Below, in pieces: positions 1 to 11,685 of a DNA stretch of 64,000 bases. A program made the translations under genes and the position numbers. Source of the stretch: Fimbriosthenelais zetlandica (Eukaryota); assembly GCA_977030845.1 (NCBI GenBank), contig OZ365111.1:7192001-7256000 (forward strand), in the 5' to 3' direction. Numbering within the stretch: position 1 is the stretch's first letter; every line of letters starts with the position of its first letter. The notes under the pieces are model-generated. The model saw only the letters and a program-made list of their open reading frames with translations. It made no database searches and had not been told where the DNA came from.

Positions 1-1
1 G

Positions 2-238
2 AGCACTGAGGACCTGGCGCCTAAATCTCCTCAGTTAGCTGAGAGCGCCAACGAAATGACTCAGAAACTGGGAAGCACTGTACCCGGCAGCTCGAAAATA
101 GATGAGCCCAGCTCAAGCAAGGCTGGTCCAGGCAGCAGTAATAGTGCCACTCCCAAAATGGCAGTGCGTGAAAAGCCAAGCTTTGTTGACCATGTGGCCA
201 AAAACATAATGTGTGTGTTCTCCATGATCAAGAAATGA
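2..238 (+). CDS. 3' end (last coding exon, partial) of an unidentified gene entering from the left edge
   Basis: The frame is open from base 2 (STEDLAPKSPQLAESANEMTQKLG...HVAKNIMCVFSMIKK*) to TGA at 236-238, with S/P/K-rich coding-like composition followed by AT-rich UTR-like sequence. No family is recognisable. Confidence 0.55.
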   Translation, partial: STEDLAPKSPQLAESANEMTQKLGSTVPGSSKIDEPSSSKAGPGSSNSATPKMAVREKPSFVDHVAKNIMCVFSMIKK

Positions 239-1614
239 GAAATCTGTGAGGTAAACGTGCTTAGTCCCACCTGTATCCCTGGGATCGGTCTGAATGTGTT
301 GTCATGTATGTGAACATGTGAGCGGAGAGCAAGGCAGTAAGAAAGTGAGTTACATTATTGTCACGTTGGCACAGATGGAGAATGTATTTCGTACGAATAC
401 ACCATATAGGTGTGCTTCAAGACTGTGATGACCGTTATAGCTGGTAGTGTTAGTAGTGGGAGAGCTTTTTACTAATACTATTATATATATTATCCCCCCC
501 AAGTCATGCATGGATCTTCCGCTTGTGAAGATATAAAAAAACTGAAGGTAGAGTGTTGGTAGGATGGTCTCCTATTTCACTGAGTGGAGACGATGGACGG
601 TAGATTGGTTTCTGTATGTTACCCCGTCAGCTTGGTAGAAACACGTCCCCAGGTGTAACTGTTTGTTGTGAAGATGCATTGAGGGATGACGTGATAGGGC
701 TGAAAGCTTTATATGTTACCATGGAAACCGTACAAAGGGAACAAGGTGCTTGAAGTAGACAGCACAAGTAGCTCCTTATTAGTTGGCTATAGGTGTGGGA
801 TTTTTAAATTATAATTTGTTTGGATTTAACACCCTTCCCCTCCTACCCGTCCTGTCCTTATTCTCTCTTCTTCTTTTTTTTTTTTTTTATTAGATTCCCT
901 CTCTAATCTGTTAATGTCTTTTTAAAATTTCCAAGAAGGTTTTAGCTTAGTTAAATTTTATTTTTATGTGCAAAAATACTGTTAGTTTCAAATCTCAGAT
1001 TATGGCATGGGCGGTGCCAATGCTTTTAATGAAAGTAGTTGCCGACATATAGTTTTGTCTTTTCCTACGAACGTGTAAAGATAGCCCCAAAACTCAAGTT
1101 TGTTTTGGATTCGGTCTAAATCTTAATTCAATCCAACTGATTTGCCAAGTATTAAGATAAGTTGAACGTTCATTGTTTGATGAAATTTATATTGATGAAA
1201 TTATCCAGTTTTAAGGCATGTTGGACATCCTTATCTTTCCCCTATATTGTCAATCGCTCTATATTTCTATTGTTGGAGCTACTGACAAGTTGCTAAAATA
1301 ATTTTTATAGAATTATTGTTGCAAGTGAAATACTATGACAGAAAATTGAAATTTATGAATGGGAGAGTATTGTGCCGAGTATCAAGGTTTTAATTGATCT
1401 AGTATTTTGTAGTATCAAAAGGTGAAGATCACTTTTGTTATAACCTCCGCTCTGAAGGATATTTCTTCAGCGGCGTTTCTATCTAGATGTTTGATAAATT
1501 ATCAAGATCATTATCCAAGTTAAAACGAAATATGCTATGGACTACTTGTGAACAAAGACTTAACCTTAAAATGTTCAACCATGAGTTTGATGTATGGGTG
1601 AGCCTATTATCTGT

Positions 1615-1631
1615 ACACACACACACACACA
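1615..1631. repeat. (CA)n microsatellite
   Basis: An ACACACAC... run of about 8 units is directly visible. Confidence 0.9.
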
Positions 1632-2902
1632 TAATTATATTATATACCATTGTGGCTTTTTCTTCCTTTGAACCCCATAATACACACGAGAAGAGAAGAT
1701 AATTTAATCACGTGCTAGAGATTTCTATTATTATTACAAAGTTGCATTTGTACCATTTCTTTTTCAAATATTTCTCGAAAAAAGGAGAAAGAATGGTAGC
1801 GAGTTATGTCTATGTTATAAAAATAAATAAAAAAAATATTGAGGAGAATATAATTGGCAGAATCATGGATCTCTTGACCAACCGTGATAATAATGTGAAC
1901 CCTCATCAGAGATGATATCGGGTGATATTTGAGATGATGTTTGGTTATAGGATGAATGTCTCTGGTGGTTTAGAAAGACCCAGCTTTTGTTTCCTCGAGC
2001 AATTGTTAATTCTAGCAATTGAAAGGGTCAGATATCCTCCAAGCATCTTTGATATCAGAGTTCCAGGTCCCACTGTGATAAATATCTTGCCAAACTCCCC
2101 CCTAATGTACCCCTCTTTTCCTCTTCCTTTCCATTCTATTTTCACTTTTATGGATTCAGAATTTCATCATTCAATACTATGGGCTAGACAACTGGATGTG
2201 ATTGTGATTGAAATCTAAACGAAGCGAACCTGCTTGACTGGTATATTTGGTTGCATTTGTAAATAAAAAAATTCGTTATTAGCAAGGAAAATTAGTTTGA
2301 TGTTATATTTTACATTTTTACTCTCACCAAAAGACGGAATCACAATGTGTATAATTTTTTTGACACCCGGACCCCTCCCCGTGACCCAACATTCAACCAA
2401 ATCCCTATGTCTACCCCCATCACTCCCATCAATTCCCTCCAAAACCCCAGCCCGATTCGACTAACATGTCAAAATCCCTTGGAATAATCCACTGTGTATG
2501 TACTGTCCATATAGGCTTCAATGCTGGGTTAATCCGGCGCCACCCCAACCTCCCTTCCAAATGAAAGATTATAAATTGTGACTGACATCACCCGCTTAAA
2601 TTTTGGTATATTTTCTCTCTCTTTATAGGTTTATAAGGTGGAAGGGGTGCATAATCCCTCTTCTGAATCCGCCCATGTATAAATTGAAAAAATAAATTAT
2701 TAACCTTTAAGGCGTTCATGCACTCATCCTGAAGATGTAGGCCTAAAGCACAGTGCTCAGTGCCCTAACCCATAGTGACACCCATCTCCAACCCCCAGCA
2801 CAATCAACAATACTAATCCGTCTAAATGCATCGGATTTACCTCCCCTCCCCTCGGAAACTCAAACAGAAAAAAAACATGATGACCGATGGAGCAAAAAAA
2901 AA

Positions 2903-2972
2903 CGGTTTGCAAGGAATTGAACCCCGGCCTCTCGCGTTCCATGCCAGTGTCTTACCTCTAGACCACCTGGCT
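2903..2972 (-). other. tRNA-derived Pol III-like unit (not a functional tRNA), left copy
   Basis: The minus strand reads AGCCAGG-TGGTCTAGAGG (A box)...GGTTCAATTCC (B box), followed by a T9 run (A-run at 2894-2902). The central part resembles tRNA-Asp/Gly, but the acceptor stem cannot pair. Confidence 0.75.
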
Positions 2973-4964
2973 TATAGACAAGTTGTTTACACCCACTCAA
3001 ATTTAACCTGATCGCCCAGGACAAAGCTGAATCACAATGTTTCTAATTATCTTAACCCCCGTACCCCTTCCTGGCTCCCAACGTCCACCCCCACCCCCAG
3101 GTTTACCTCCAGCACTCCCTTCAAAGACCCCAGCCTGATTTGAAAAGTCTAACCTGTCAAAATCGCCTTGAATATCCAACTGTGTAGGTACTGCCCATAG
3201 GCTCCAATGTTAACAATTATTTAGCCCCCCGGACCCCTCCCAGGCCAACAACCTGCATCCCCGCCCCCAAGTCTACCCCTGGCAGCCACCCCAACTCCCT
3301 CCCAAAATTCCAGCCCGATGCTGTGCTTCTAACCTGTCTAAAACCCTTGACTTCACCAAAAGTGTCCCGCCCATAGGCCCAATGTTAAAAATCACTCACG
3401 ATTACATGGATGTGTGCAACAGAGCCGGTTTCCCAGTCAACTCCAATCGGCTTTTTCTCTACCTAATACACATTATTCCCACTCAAGCCAACGGTTACGT
3501 ATAGCTTATGACCTCTACTAAAAAAAAACCAAAAGAGTGGAGACGAAAATCTAGGAAAACCTCGATTTCTGAGAAGTTGACAAATCGGTCATGTGTATAC
3601 AAGCCTATAATTTGGCCTTTTAAAAACCTTAACAGCGCCCTCTCATTATCAAAGACCAAAATTCAAGCGGGAGATACCAGTAAGAAGTTATCCTCTTTAT
3701 TTAGGGAAGCTGACGCCTCTACCAGACGGAATATATAATTATGGTATCAGACGCGTCTATACCATAGGCAATCTATAGGGTATCAGGTGCGTCTACCCTA
3801 AAAGCCTCAAATTGTCACAATTTTCGAAATTTTAAATTAATTTTAAGAAAATCATATTGGTGAATTTATTACAAGAATATGAAAATATTTAAGATGTGAG
3901 GATTTGTGGATCCACTCCTGGGGCGGGTTCAATCCCACGATCTGTCTTGGTCCTCCACTAGAAAGAGCAGAGAGGAATTCCTGGAGCCAGGTGTGTCGAG
4001 CGCTCAGCGTTGACTACTTCATACTAGCGTAGTTCATCTTTCTGCCGCTGCATATCACGGGTCGCCACAGTCGCGCTGGCCTCCTCCTTCCATAGAGATC
4101 AATGCTAAAGACCTCAAATTGACTCCATTTTCAAAAATCGAAATTTTAAATTAATGGGAGTTCCACAAAAAGTACATAGGCACCTGGAGATGCTTCAAAC
4201 TAAGAATAATCTGTTTGAATTGTAATTTTAGACCTATTATTTACGAAGTTATTCAACTTTTTCGACTTTTAGTGAGAGGGCGCTGTTCAGGTTTTTAAAA
4301 GGCCAAATTATAGGCCAGTATACGCGCGGCCGATTTGTCAACTTCGAGGAAATCGGTGTTATCCTCGTTTTACGTCTCTGCTCTTTTGATATTGACAAGT
4401 AGAGGTCATAATTCATACATAAACGTGGTTTCGAGTGAAAATAACACATATTAAGTAGAGAAAGGTTCGATTGTAGCAGAATGGGAAACCGGCTCAGTAG
4501 CACACATTCCTGTAATCGTGAGTGATTTTTAACATTGGGTCTATGGACGGGACACTTTTGCTGAATCCAATGGATTTAGACAGGTTAGAAGCATAGAATC
4601 GGGCCAGATTTTTGGGAGAGGGTTGGTTGGGGTACTGGGGGTAGAAATGTGGTTGGGGCTGGAGTTTGGGGGCCGGGGAGGGGTCCGGGGGGGGCTAAAT
4701 ATTTTTAACGTTGGAGCCTATGGGCAGTACCTACACATTGGGCTAATCTATGCGATTTTGACAGGTTAGAAGTTTCAAATCGGGCTGGGTTTTTTGGAGT
4801 GAGTTGGTAGCAGTGCTAGGAGTAGGAGGTAGACATAATTATGCGGGGGAAATTGGGGGAAAGGGAGGGGTCCGGGCGTCAAAAAAATTGTGGTTCAACC
4901 TTGCACTGGGCAGGGTGTGATGAAGAGACCATGCAGAGAGCTTCAGAGAGTGTGTGAGCCAGCC

Positions 4965-5049
4965 GCCAGGTACATGTAGTCTAGAGCCTAGGTAGGCCTA
5001 CCGGTACGTCCCTGGCCTGGAACGCGAGGGACCGGGGTTCGATTCCCCG
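4965..5049 (+). other. tRNA-derived Pol III-like unit, right copy, A-box region disrupted by short palindromic insertions
   Basis: CTGGCCTGGAACGCGAGGGACCGGGGTTCGATTCCCCG closely resembles the anticodon and T arms of tRNA-Asp. The B box is GGTTCGATTCC, followed by T4 at 5050-5053. It is paralogous to 2903-2972 in inverted orientation. Confidence 0.75.
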
Positions 5050-5611
5050 TTTTGTAATTCACTTTTCGTTGCTAGATCCCGGCTGGGTCGCTCTAGGTGC
5101 ACATAACCGTGTTGATTTGGCATTTTGGGCTTTGTTTTCACTTTTATTTGTTTTCCCCTTTGAGTTGCCCGCGGGAGATGAGGGTGGTGGGGTTAGCCGG
5201 TGGGTGGGGGCCGGTGGCGGTGGCGGGGAGGGGTGGGGGCACTGGGGGGTAGGCCTAGGGCTGAATATTTTTGTCAGGACTGATAAGATCTGATAGCAGG
5301 CAAATCCATAGCCTACGGTATGCATTTAGATAAATTAGTATTTAATGATTGGGTTTGGAGATGGTCTAAACAAATAATATATGAAAATCATAATGTTCCT
5401 GGAACCATCTCAGACTCAGCATCTGCTGTTGTGGGCGATAATACGGGAACTCGCAAGGGGGGGTTTCTGCAACAATAATATACAGCGACGTCAGCGTTAT
5501 ATATTTCAAATAAATTTCTGGGCAACGTATCAGGTGATTTTGTTTGATAATACTTACTAAATAGCTGCAACATTGTACCTGATCGATGACAAAAAGTGAG
5601 TCGAGTAGCAT

Positions 5612-5706
5612 GGGCGGGAAAGTACCCGGTCTATGACGTCACGTTTTCGTGCGAATGATCATGACGTCATTTCCGGACGTCCAAGCGACTAGGCAAAAGC
5701 GGAAGT
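5612..5706 (+). promoter_or_regulatory. TATA-less housekeeping-type promoter of the 132-aa membrane protein gene
   Basis: GC/E2F-like GGGCGGGAAA at 5612-5621, two perfect CRE palindromes TGACGTCA at 5634-5641 and 5662-5669, and ETS-type TTCCGG (5671-5676) and GCGGAAGT (5699-5706). These lie ~90-180 bp upstream of the ATG at 5795. Confidence 0.65.
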
Positions 5707-5794
5707 TGACGATTTACCTACAGTTTTGCTATTAAAATGTTTAAAGTTTGTCTTTAAACTCAGAGGATGTTTGCTGAAAAGGGAAGAAGATGGA

Positions 5795-7107
5795 ATGGCC
5801 ATTACATGGAATGATATTCTCGCTCGAATAGATAGATTTACGAAGAAGGATGTGTACATATTCCTCTCCCTCGGCTTGGGAGTGTTCTTGTTGGCATGCG
5901 AGATCAACGACGTTATCCACATTGGATACACAGAAAGGACGTGGGAAACCACAGCAACATTTACTATGGCTTTGTTGGTGAGTGATAAAAATTTTTTAAA
6001 AATATAGGGGACAGATCAGGGGTCTATCTGATCGCGCCAAAACCGAACTTAATATTTAATTTCTGTGTCTACAACGTAGGGACTAGTGCAGTAGTGGGTA
6101 CTCAGTCTACTCACTACTGTACAGTAGTCTGTACTGTCATGACTGAGACTGCACTCTAAATAATTAATTATCAAGGCTTCTGTCACTAATGACAGTCCGA
6201 CTTTTAAAGGTCCCCATTTCTGATTATTTCTGGTGTACTGTTGAGTGTAGTGACGAGATATTAAACCTGTTCTTTTGAAATAGCATACAGTTGTTAAAAA
6301 CGTTGTTTCAAGGATCTTAGGATGGCCTTTCTTTTTCAGTTACTTCACACCATCGCATTTTATTCAGGCATCTTGGGCTATATTTATACAAGTCAAGCAA
6401 ATGTGGCAAAAGTGGGTAAAAATAAAATGGTGATCCTGGCTCTAGTTGCTATAGGTAAGTAGAGATCTAAAATGTCTAGTATTAGTATGTTAGTTTTTGT
6501 TACGTTCTGCATTTTTAGGAATCGCACGATTATTTTTGGTATTAATCTGTTAGGGCATATCACTAGTATCAGTAGGGGCTTTCTTAGATACTATAGTCAT
6601 CCCCAGGCCCTGTAGGCACACGGCGAAGGGGATTGAAAGAAGGAGCCAATTATATTGTCTAGCTAGTAAGTAGGGCCTACTCTGCCATATCCCATTTAAG
6701 CCAATTAAGATAATAAATATAATACGGTAATACTTTTATCCAAGTCAATGGAAGCGAGGCAGTCCTCGGAAAACTATCTTATAATACAGGTATGCTAGAT
6801 GTATAATATCAAACCCTATGCTCCCGGGGGTTCAGCCTTCGGAAGTCTAGAACTTAGTCTTAGTAGAAGGGGCCGATCATCTGATCATCATATATTATAG
6901 GCTACAAGTATCCTAGCCTATCTTCTGGCTATAGTACTACAGTATAATGTTACGGTTCCACCATTGTCCTTACTATTACTGACTGACTTTGTTTTCTTAA
7001 TTTCAGTGGGGAATATCCTGGCTTTCATCCTTAGAATCGCCCTTGAAGTGGCGTGCATCAATTTCAGAGAAGAGTATTATCGGCTGGCATCCGAGTCTGG
7101 GAAATGA
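5795..7107 (+). CDS. Unidentified small multipass membrane protein, 132 aa, ~3 TM helices; exons 5795-5977, 6340-6454, 7007-7107
   Basis: Canonical sites (TTG|GTGAGT, tttcag|, G|GTAAGT, tttcag|) join in frame (183+115+101=399 nt): MAITWNDILARIDRFTKKDVYIFLSLGLGVFLLACEINDVIHIGYTERTWETTATFTMALLLLHTIAFYSGILGYIYTSQANVAKVGKNKMVILALVAIVGNILAFILRIALEVACINFREEYYRLASESGK*. There are three hydrophobic stretches and a promoter-like motif cluster upstream. Confidence 0.85.
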
Positions 7108-9034
7108 AATGGAGCTATCCTGCCCAGCAACCACGATATCTCTACATAGGCCTACCAATGAAATTCTCTGATAATTGAGCTCGAGTGTAAATAATAATTA
7201 CTATCATAATGTGTCTAGATATGCTAAGATTTAGAATAAGTTATTGAAAAGCAGATTGCCTGGATGTTAGTGTATTCCAATGGGAGTATTATTATTGTAA
7301 CTAAAGAAAGTTGAATGTAAACCAAACATCAGTCAAAAAACAAAGAAGTGATTGTGGGAGTGATTTATCCCTAGGCCTCTCACTATCAATATTTATCCCT
7401 AGGCCAGTCAACATCAATATTTATCTATATTAGGTTTGATTACTTTCATTAAAAAGAATTCAGTAATCGAAGCAAAGAGGCTAGAATGATTCCTATTCTC
7501 TTTGCTCAAAGTCAATTCTTGCAAATTAATAATTAATCATGGCTCACTTCCGTACCACAGGGAAAAAGTGGTTCAAGTTGGTTTGTACAAAGCACATAAA
7601 TATATATTACATTGGCTTTTAATAAGAGAACAGCTAAGTTCACGAGCTGTTGTTTTGCAAAAAATTATATATTTGCCGTCAATACGCCAGTTACATGTTT
7701 TGGAGGTCAATAACCGTTTGTTTCATTGCACATTGAAAATAAAGCGTACTTACTGAGTTATAATTATGTTGGGTATTTGATACTAATAATTTGTTTTACT
7801 TTGATAAATGATATATAACTTATTAGTTTCATATTAAAACCCTTTTTTTCAACCACCCATATTTTTAAAAATAACAAATGAATACAATACATGCATTATT
7901 GAAGAATAACTTGTTGGAGGAAGATTTTCTTATATTATCAAGTCTAAGCAAAACAGATCTTGGTAAGAGAAAAGGGAAAAGGAACTTGTTTTCCCTCAAA
8001 GTGGAATGGTTGGTATTGACCAGTTCTATTGGGGCTCATTCACGACCACCTATGGAGCTTAAAGGTATAAAATAGGCATAAAATAAGCATCATACACAAC
8101 GTTATATATACTTATTGCATGTTAATTATACCCCCATGTTATTATATATACACCTATATAATTACATAACATTTATATACAATATATACTGTACACATAC
8201 AGTCAACTTCAATGCGAAGCAGCCACAGAGCAGAGAGTTACCGAGGGATTGAGAAAGTTTGACATGCAGATAACATGAAATGCGCCTATAATCTCACAAA
8301 TTGGTTCTTAAATTGACACTCAACTGAATCACTCACATTTTGACAGAAATTATCCTGTAATGAATTTCTTCACTATTTACAAAGAGTTTAACGGGAACCT
8401 TGGAATAAATTGTAGTCATATTTTACAAGCACATGATTGACAAGCTCTATAATATGAAAGACGGCTAGGACATTCATTTTATATAGGATCGTACTTGATT
8501 GCCATCACTGTCTGCCACTCCCCTCACTTTCTATCAAATGATGCCAAAAGCTTCAGAAACATAGTCCCCTATTAAATGCCCTGTTTATAAACTGCTAATT
8601 TTATTGCATTCAGCCACCACGTGAATTTCCATTTTCCATATTAGTTAAGAGAGCGTTGTTAGAAGAATGTTGGTTACGAGATCAATTAATATTTAGCTTT
8701 ACGAAAATATACCTTGTTACTTCTGATATTTATTAAATAAATGATGTATTTAAAATAAAATTAATGATTATAAAAAGGCCAGATTCCCGATAGATATATA
8801 AATGGAGACTCCTTGTAACTTTGTTACTCAAGCGTCACATTTCCCAGTAACTTTTTACACCAGTAAACATCATACCGTTTAGTGTTCATAGCTTCACGCT
8901 TCATTCACAGCCTTTTTCTCAAAGGTATCATTTCTATCCAAAAAATTTGATACCATCCCCATGAGAAATAAATGGCTGACACACAAGCATACAATAATAT
9001 CGTGATCACAGTGCCATTCCCAATCATCCAGTAC

Positions 9035-11671
9035 TTAATCACCAGCTACTCGGATATTGGGATTAGCCATTGGGTCTAAGAAAGGATCTTTGTCAGCCGA
9101 CGCACGACCCACTCGTGTGAGTATGACCACTAGAGTCATGAAGCCGAGTAAACAGAGGATGAGTATTACAGCAATTCTCTTTAATGCAGCATTGGGGTCT
9201 GGTTTTCTGCGCTGGCTGGCGTTGGAGCTGTAAATAAAAAAGACAAACCATTAAAGTAACAGAAAATTTTTGTTGAAATATATTTCAAATAATTAGTTTG
9301 CGGTATGAGAAACACTGACACAGAGGAAATCTTCTCATTATTGTAATATTACAAGAATATTGAAATTATTTCAAATATGTCTGTATATCTAGTCATTACA
9401 TAACATCTATTTCATAACAAAAAGGTAAAAAAAAATATTTAAGAAATCTTTTTATAAACAATATACAAACGGAGTAAACGATTAATACGACGGGGTCGGA
9501 TTCACCACTATAATCCTTAAACAAAGTGAACTGAGAACAGAAAAGAAGAACCAACCTGAACCATCGCATGAACCATTGGAATGCGGGACGTCGCTTATAT
9601 TTATCTTCGTCATGATCGTGAGAGGGAGGGACTCCTTGGCCAGCTGTGGTATCAAATAACTTTCTAGGATCTAAAAAGAGAGTTTTTCAATTAGACAAAA
9701 TGTTGGGAGTTTGTTTACAATTAAACCATGTTGAAGTATTACGGTATATGAGTTTGGTAAAGAAATTATTTTTATTGTTGAACACAAATTAAATAATACT
9801 TTCTTCAATCCAAAATTAAAGTTTTCTGACATAAAAAAATCTCTGATCAGTTATCAGTCTAATAGCCTACATGTACCGCTATACAGAAGTATTAATTAAT
9901 TAAATAATTTTGCAGATTTAGCCTAGAATAATATTGAAAGATATTCTTATACTCTAACTCATCAGACTTGATATTCTTTAAATCAATTTTTAAACGGAAA
10001 CCCTTTTTTTTCTTCAGTATTATACAAGTGTCGAGCAGTGAAAATATGACATTACTGTAATCTGTCTTTTCTGATCCCCGACTATAAGGCGTGGAATCAT
10101 CCATGTTGACCACACTCTGTGGGTTGTGAGAATAGGCTGGTGGATTCCGGCTCGACTCATTCACTGATTGGGCCGGGTAGGACTTCTGCTGTTGTTGGCT
10201 TTGTTTTTCTTGAGCCATGGTGTGTGATTGCACAGAGGCCGACTGAGTGTCATTGGCTGAAGCCACTTCTGTAGCAGACGATCCCTTCTCTTCAATCTGT
10301 CAAGGAATATAATAATGTATATGAAACACAAGATTGTTAAATTACATTTTAAGACACATGGGAGACAATTTAAATTCAAAATATTCCTACATACGGTATA
10401 TAAATACGTGGTATATAGTTTATGATTCCAGTACCGGTATTTGATTTTGCTCGTACACTGTGTCACTTAATAGAATTATTGAATAATCATGAACATATTA
10501 CAGCTGCTTTTCCATGACCAATTAAATCGGGTCCTGTTAAATATTAAATATTAATTTCTTGGTTGACACTCACCAATGGTAATCCCAAGCCAGCTCTCGC
10601 CCAATTTACTTGAGACAGAGTTTTGCGAAGTGATTCAGCAACGGGAGAAACTACATTGCTAGCTGGGAAGATACCCGTCTTACATGTAGGACAAGTGTAG
10701 CCTGCAGGTGCGGTATTGGCAGGTAGTGTCCGGGCATATTTGTCAATGCAAGTCCAGTGAAATACATCTAAAGTTCGAGCAGAATAGAACGAAATTATTG
10801 TCATAGATTGTCATGTTGCAGAGTAAAGACGAAAGACCAAAGACTAATAAGAAATTAAATAAGAAATACTGTTAAAATTAATTAGTTGTAATAATTTGAC
10901 ATTTCTATAAAGAAAAATCGATAAAAAAAAAACTGTAGGCCTAATAGACTAGATCTAGACAATTCAAAAAAGAAAATTACAATGGATTGGTATATGGTAT
11001 TTCATCTAGATCTACATGTAGGCCTGTCTTTTTACTAAGTTAGCTACGGTACTTTATATTATTAAATTAAAAAATAATTGATAACCCTTCCCCACAACCG
11101 CCCCCACCCCACACAAAAAAAAAGAAAAAAAAAGATTTACATACCATAACATGACAATCGTACACATTCGGCGTCGGCATCACTCAAGTTCTGGCCACAT
11201 AATCGACATGTCGGGTCGTAATCACTGTCTTGTAACCATTGAAGATATGACTGTACAATACACTGTAGTCCAAAGAAAAATTGGTCATGAAGTGCATTGA
11301 ATTATTGTATGAACAGACATTATTAAAATAGAATTTATTACAGGAATATAGTTAAATTATATGACATGCTTTTAATTGCCATCATGTTATAATTCTGAAC
11401 ATGTTAAGCAAGTGTAACTCAAATCAGTAGACACTGACAGTCAGTAAAATATTAAAAATTGTACCGGTACTGTAGTCTGTACCAAGACAAGTCTGTGACT
11501 GTGTCTGTCCATGACCATGGCATGAGAATTCAGGTCAAAACAATAGAGATCTACACAAAATACACTCACCTTGGGATGGTTAGACACCAAGCAGTGCTCG
11601 CAAACATTCACCCTGTGCTCGAAACAAAACAGGTTCGTCACCTTCTTCTTAGGACATTTACAAAGCCCCAT
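9035..11671 (-). CDS. ZFPL1: Zinc finger protein-like 1 (cis-Golgi membrane protein), 320 aa; coding exons 11570-11671, 11145-11262, 10574-10767, 10056-10296, 9556-9670, 9035-9227
   Basis: The N-terminus [53 protein letters not shown]...[10 protein letters not shown], the DEDKYKRRP motif, the C-terminal TM and [14 protein letters not shown] are the characteristic ZFPL1 family sequence. All six exons have GT-AG ends and phases that join (963 nt). The exon 4 donor (ACA|GTAATG) is weak. Confidence 0.97.
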
Positions 11672-11685
11672 GGTGAGGTATAAAT

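Larger units (their letters stand above)
2340..5300. repeat. Large imperfect inverted repeat (core arms ~2890-3645 and ~4273-5055) built from ~150-170 bp subunits; probable decayed non-autonomous DNA transposon or two opposed copies of one repeat family
   Basis: 3604-3629 (cctataatttggccttttaaaaacct) is the exact reverse complement of 4289-4314, and aacagcgccctctca (3631-3645) pairs with 4273-4287. The subunit motif aacctgtc-aaaa...cccatagg-c-caatgttaa occurs twice in 3150-3390 and inverted twice in 4530-4770. Further partial subunit copies lie at ~2340-2530 and ~5150-5280. Confidence 0.85.

Noticed and set aside
2903-2972. Functional tRNA gene
   Set aside because: A and B boxes are present, but the acceptor stem cannot pair and the anticodon stem has a mismatch, so it is treated as tRNA-derived only.
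3508-4503. ORFs 3508-3738 (+) and 4249-4503 (-) share the peptide KLTNR..VY.PIIWPFKNLNSALSL, suggesting paralogous proteins
   Set aside because: The similarity comes from the DNA inverted repeat. It does not extend across the ORFs and there are no splice or promoter signals.
9892-10055. ZFPL1 exon 4 frame reads through ~54 codons into the intron (possible TM-less isoform)
   Set aside because: The read-through is AT-rich intron-like sequence with no further support. The weak GTAATG donor is needed to join the conserved exon 5 in frame.
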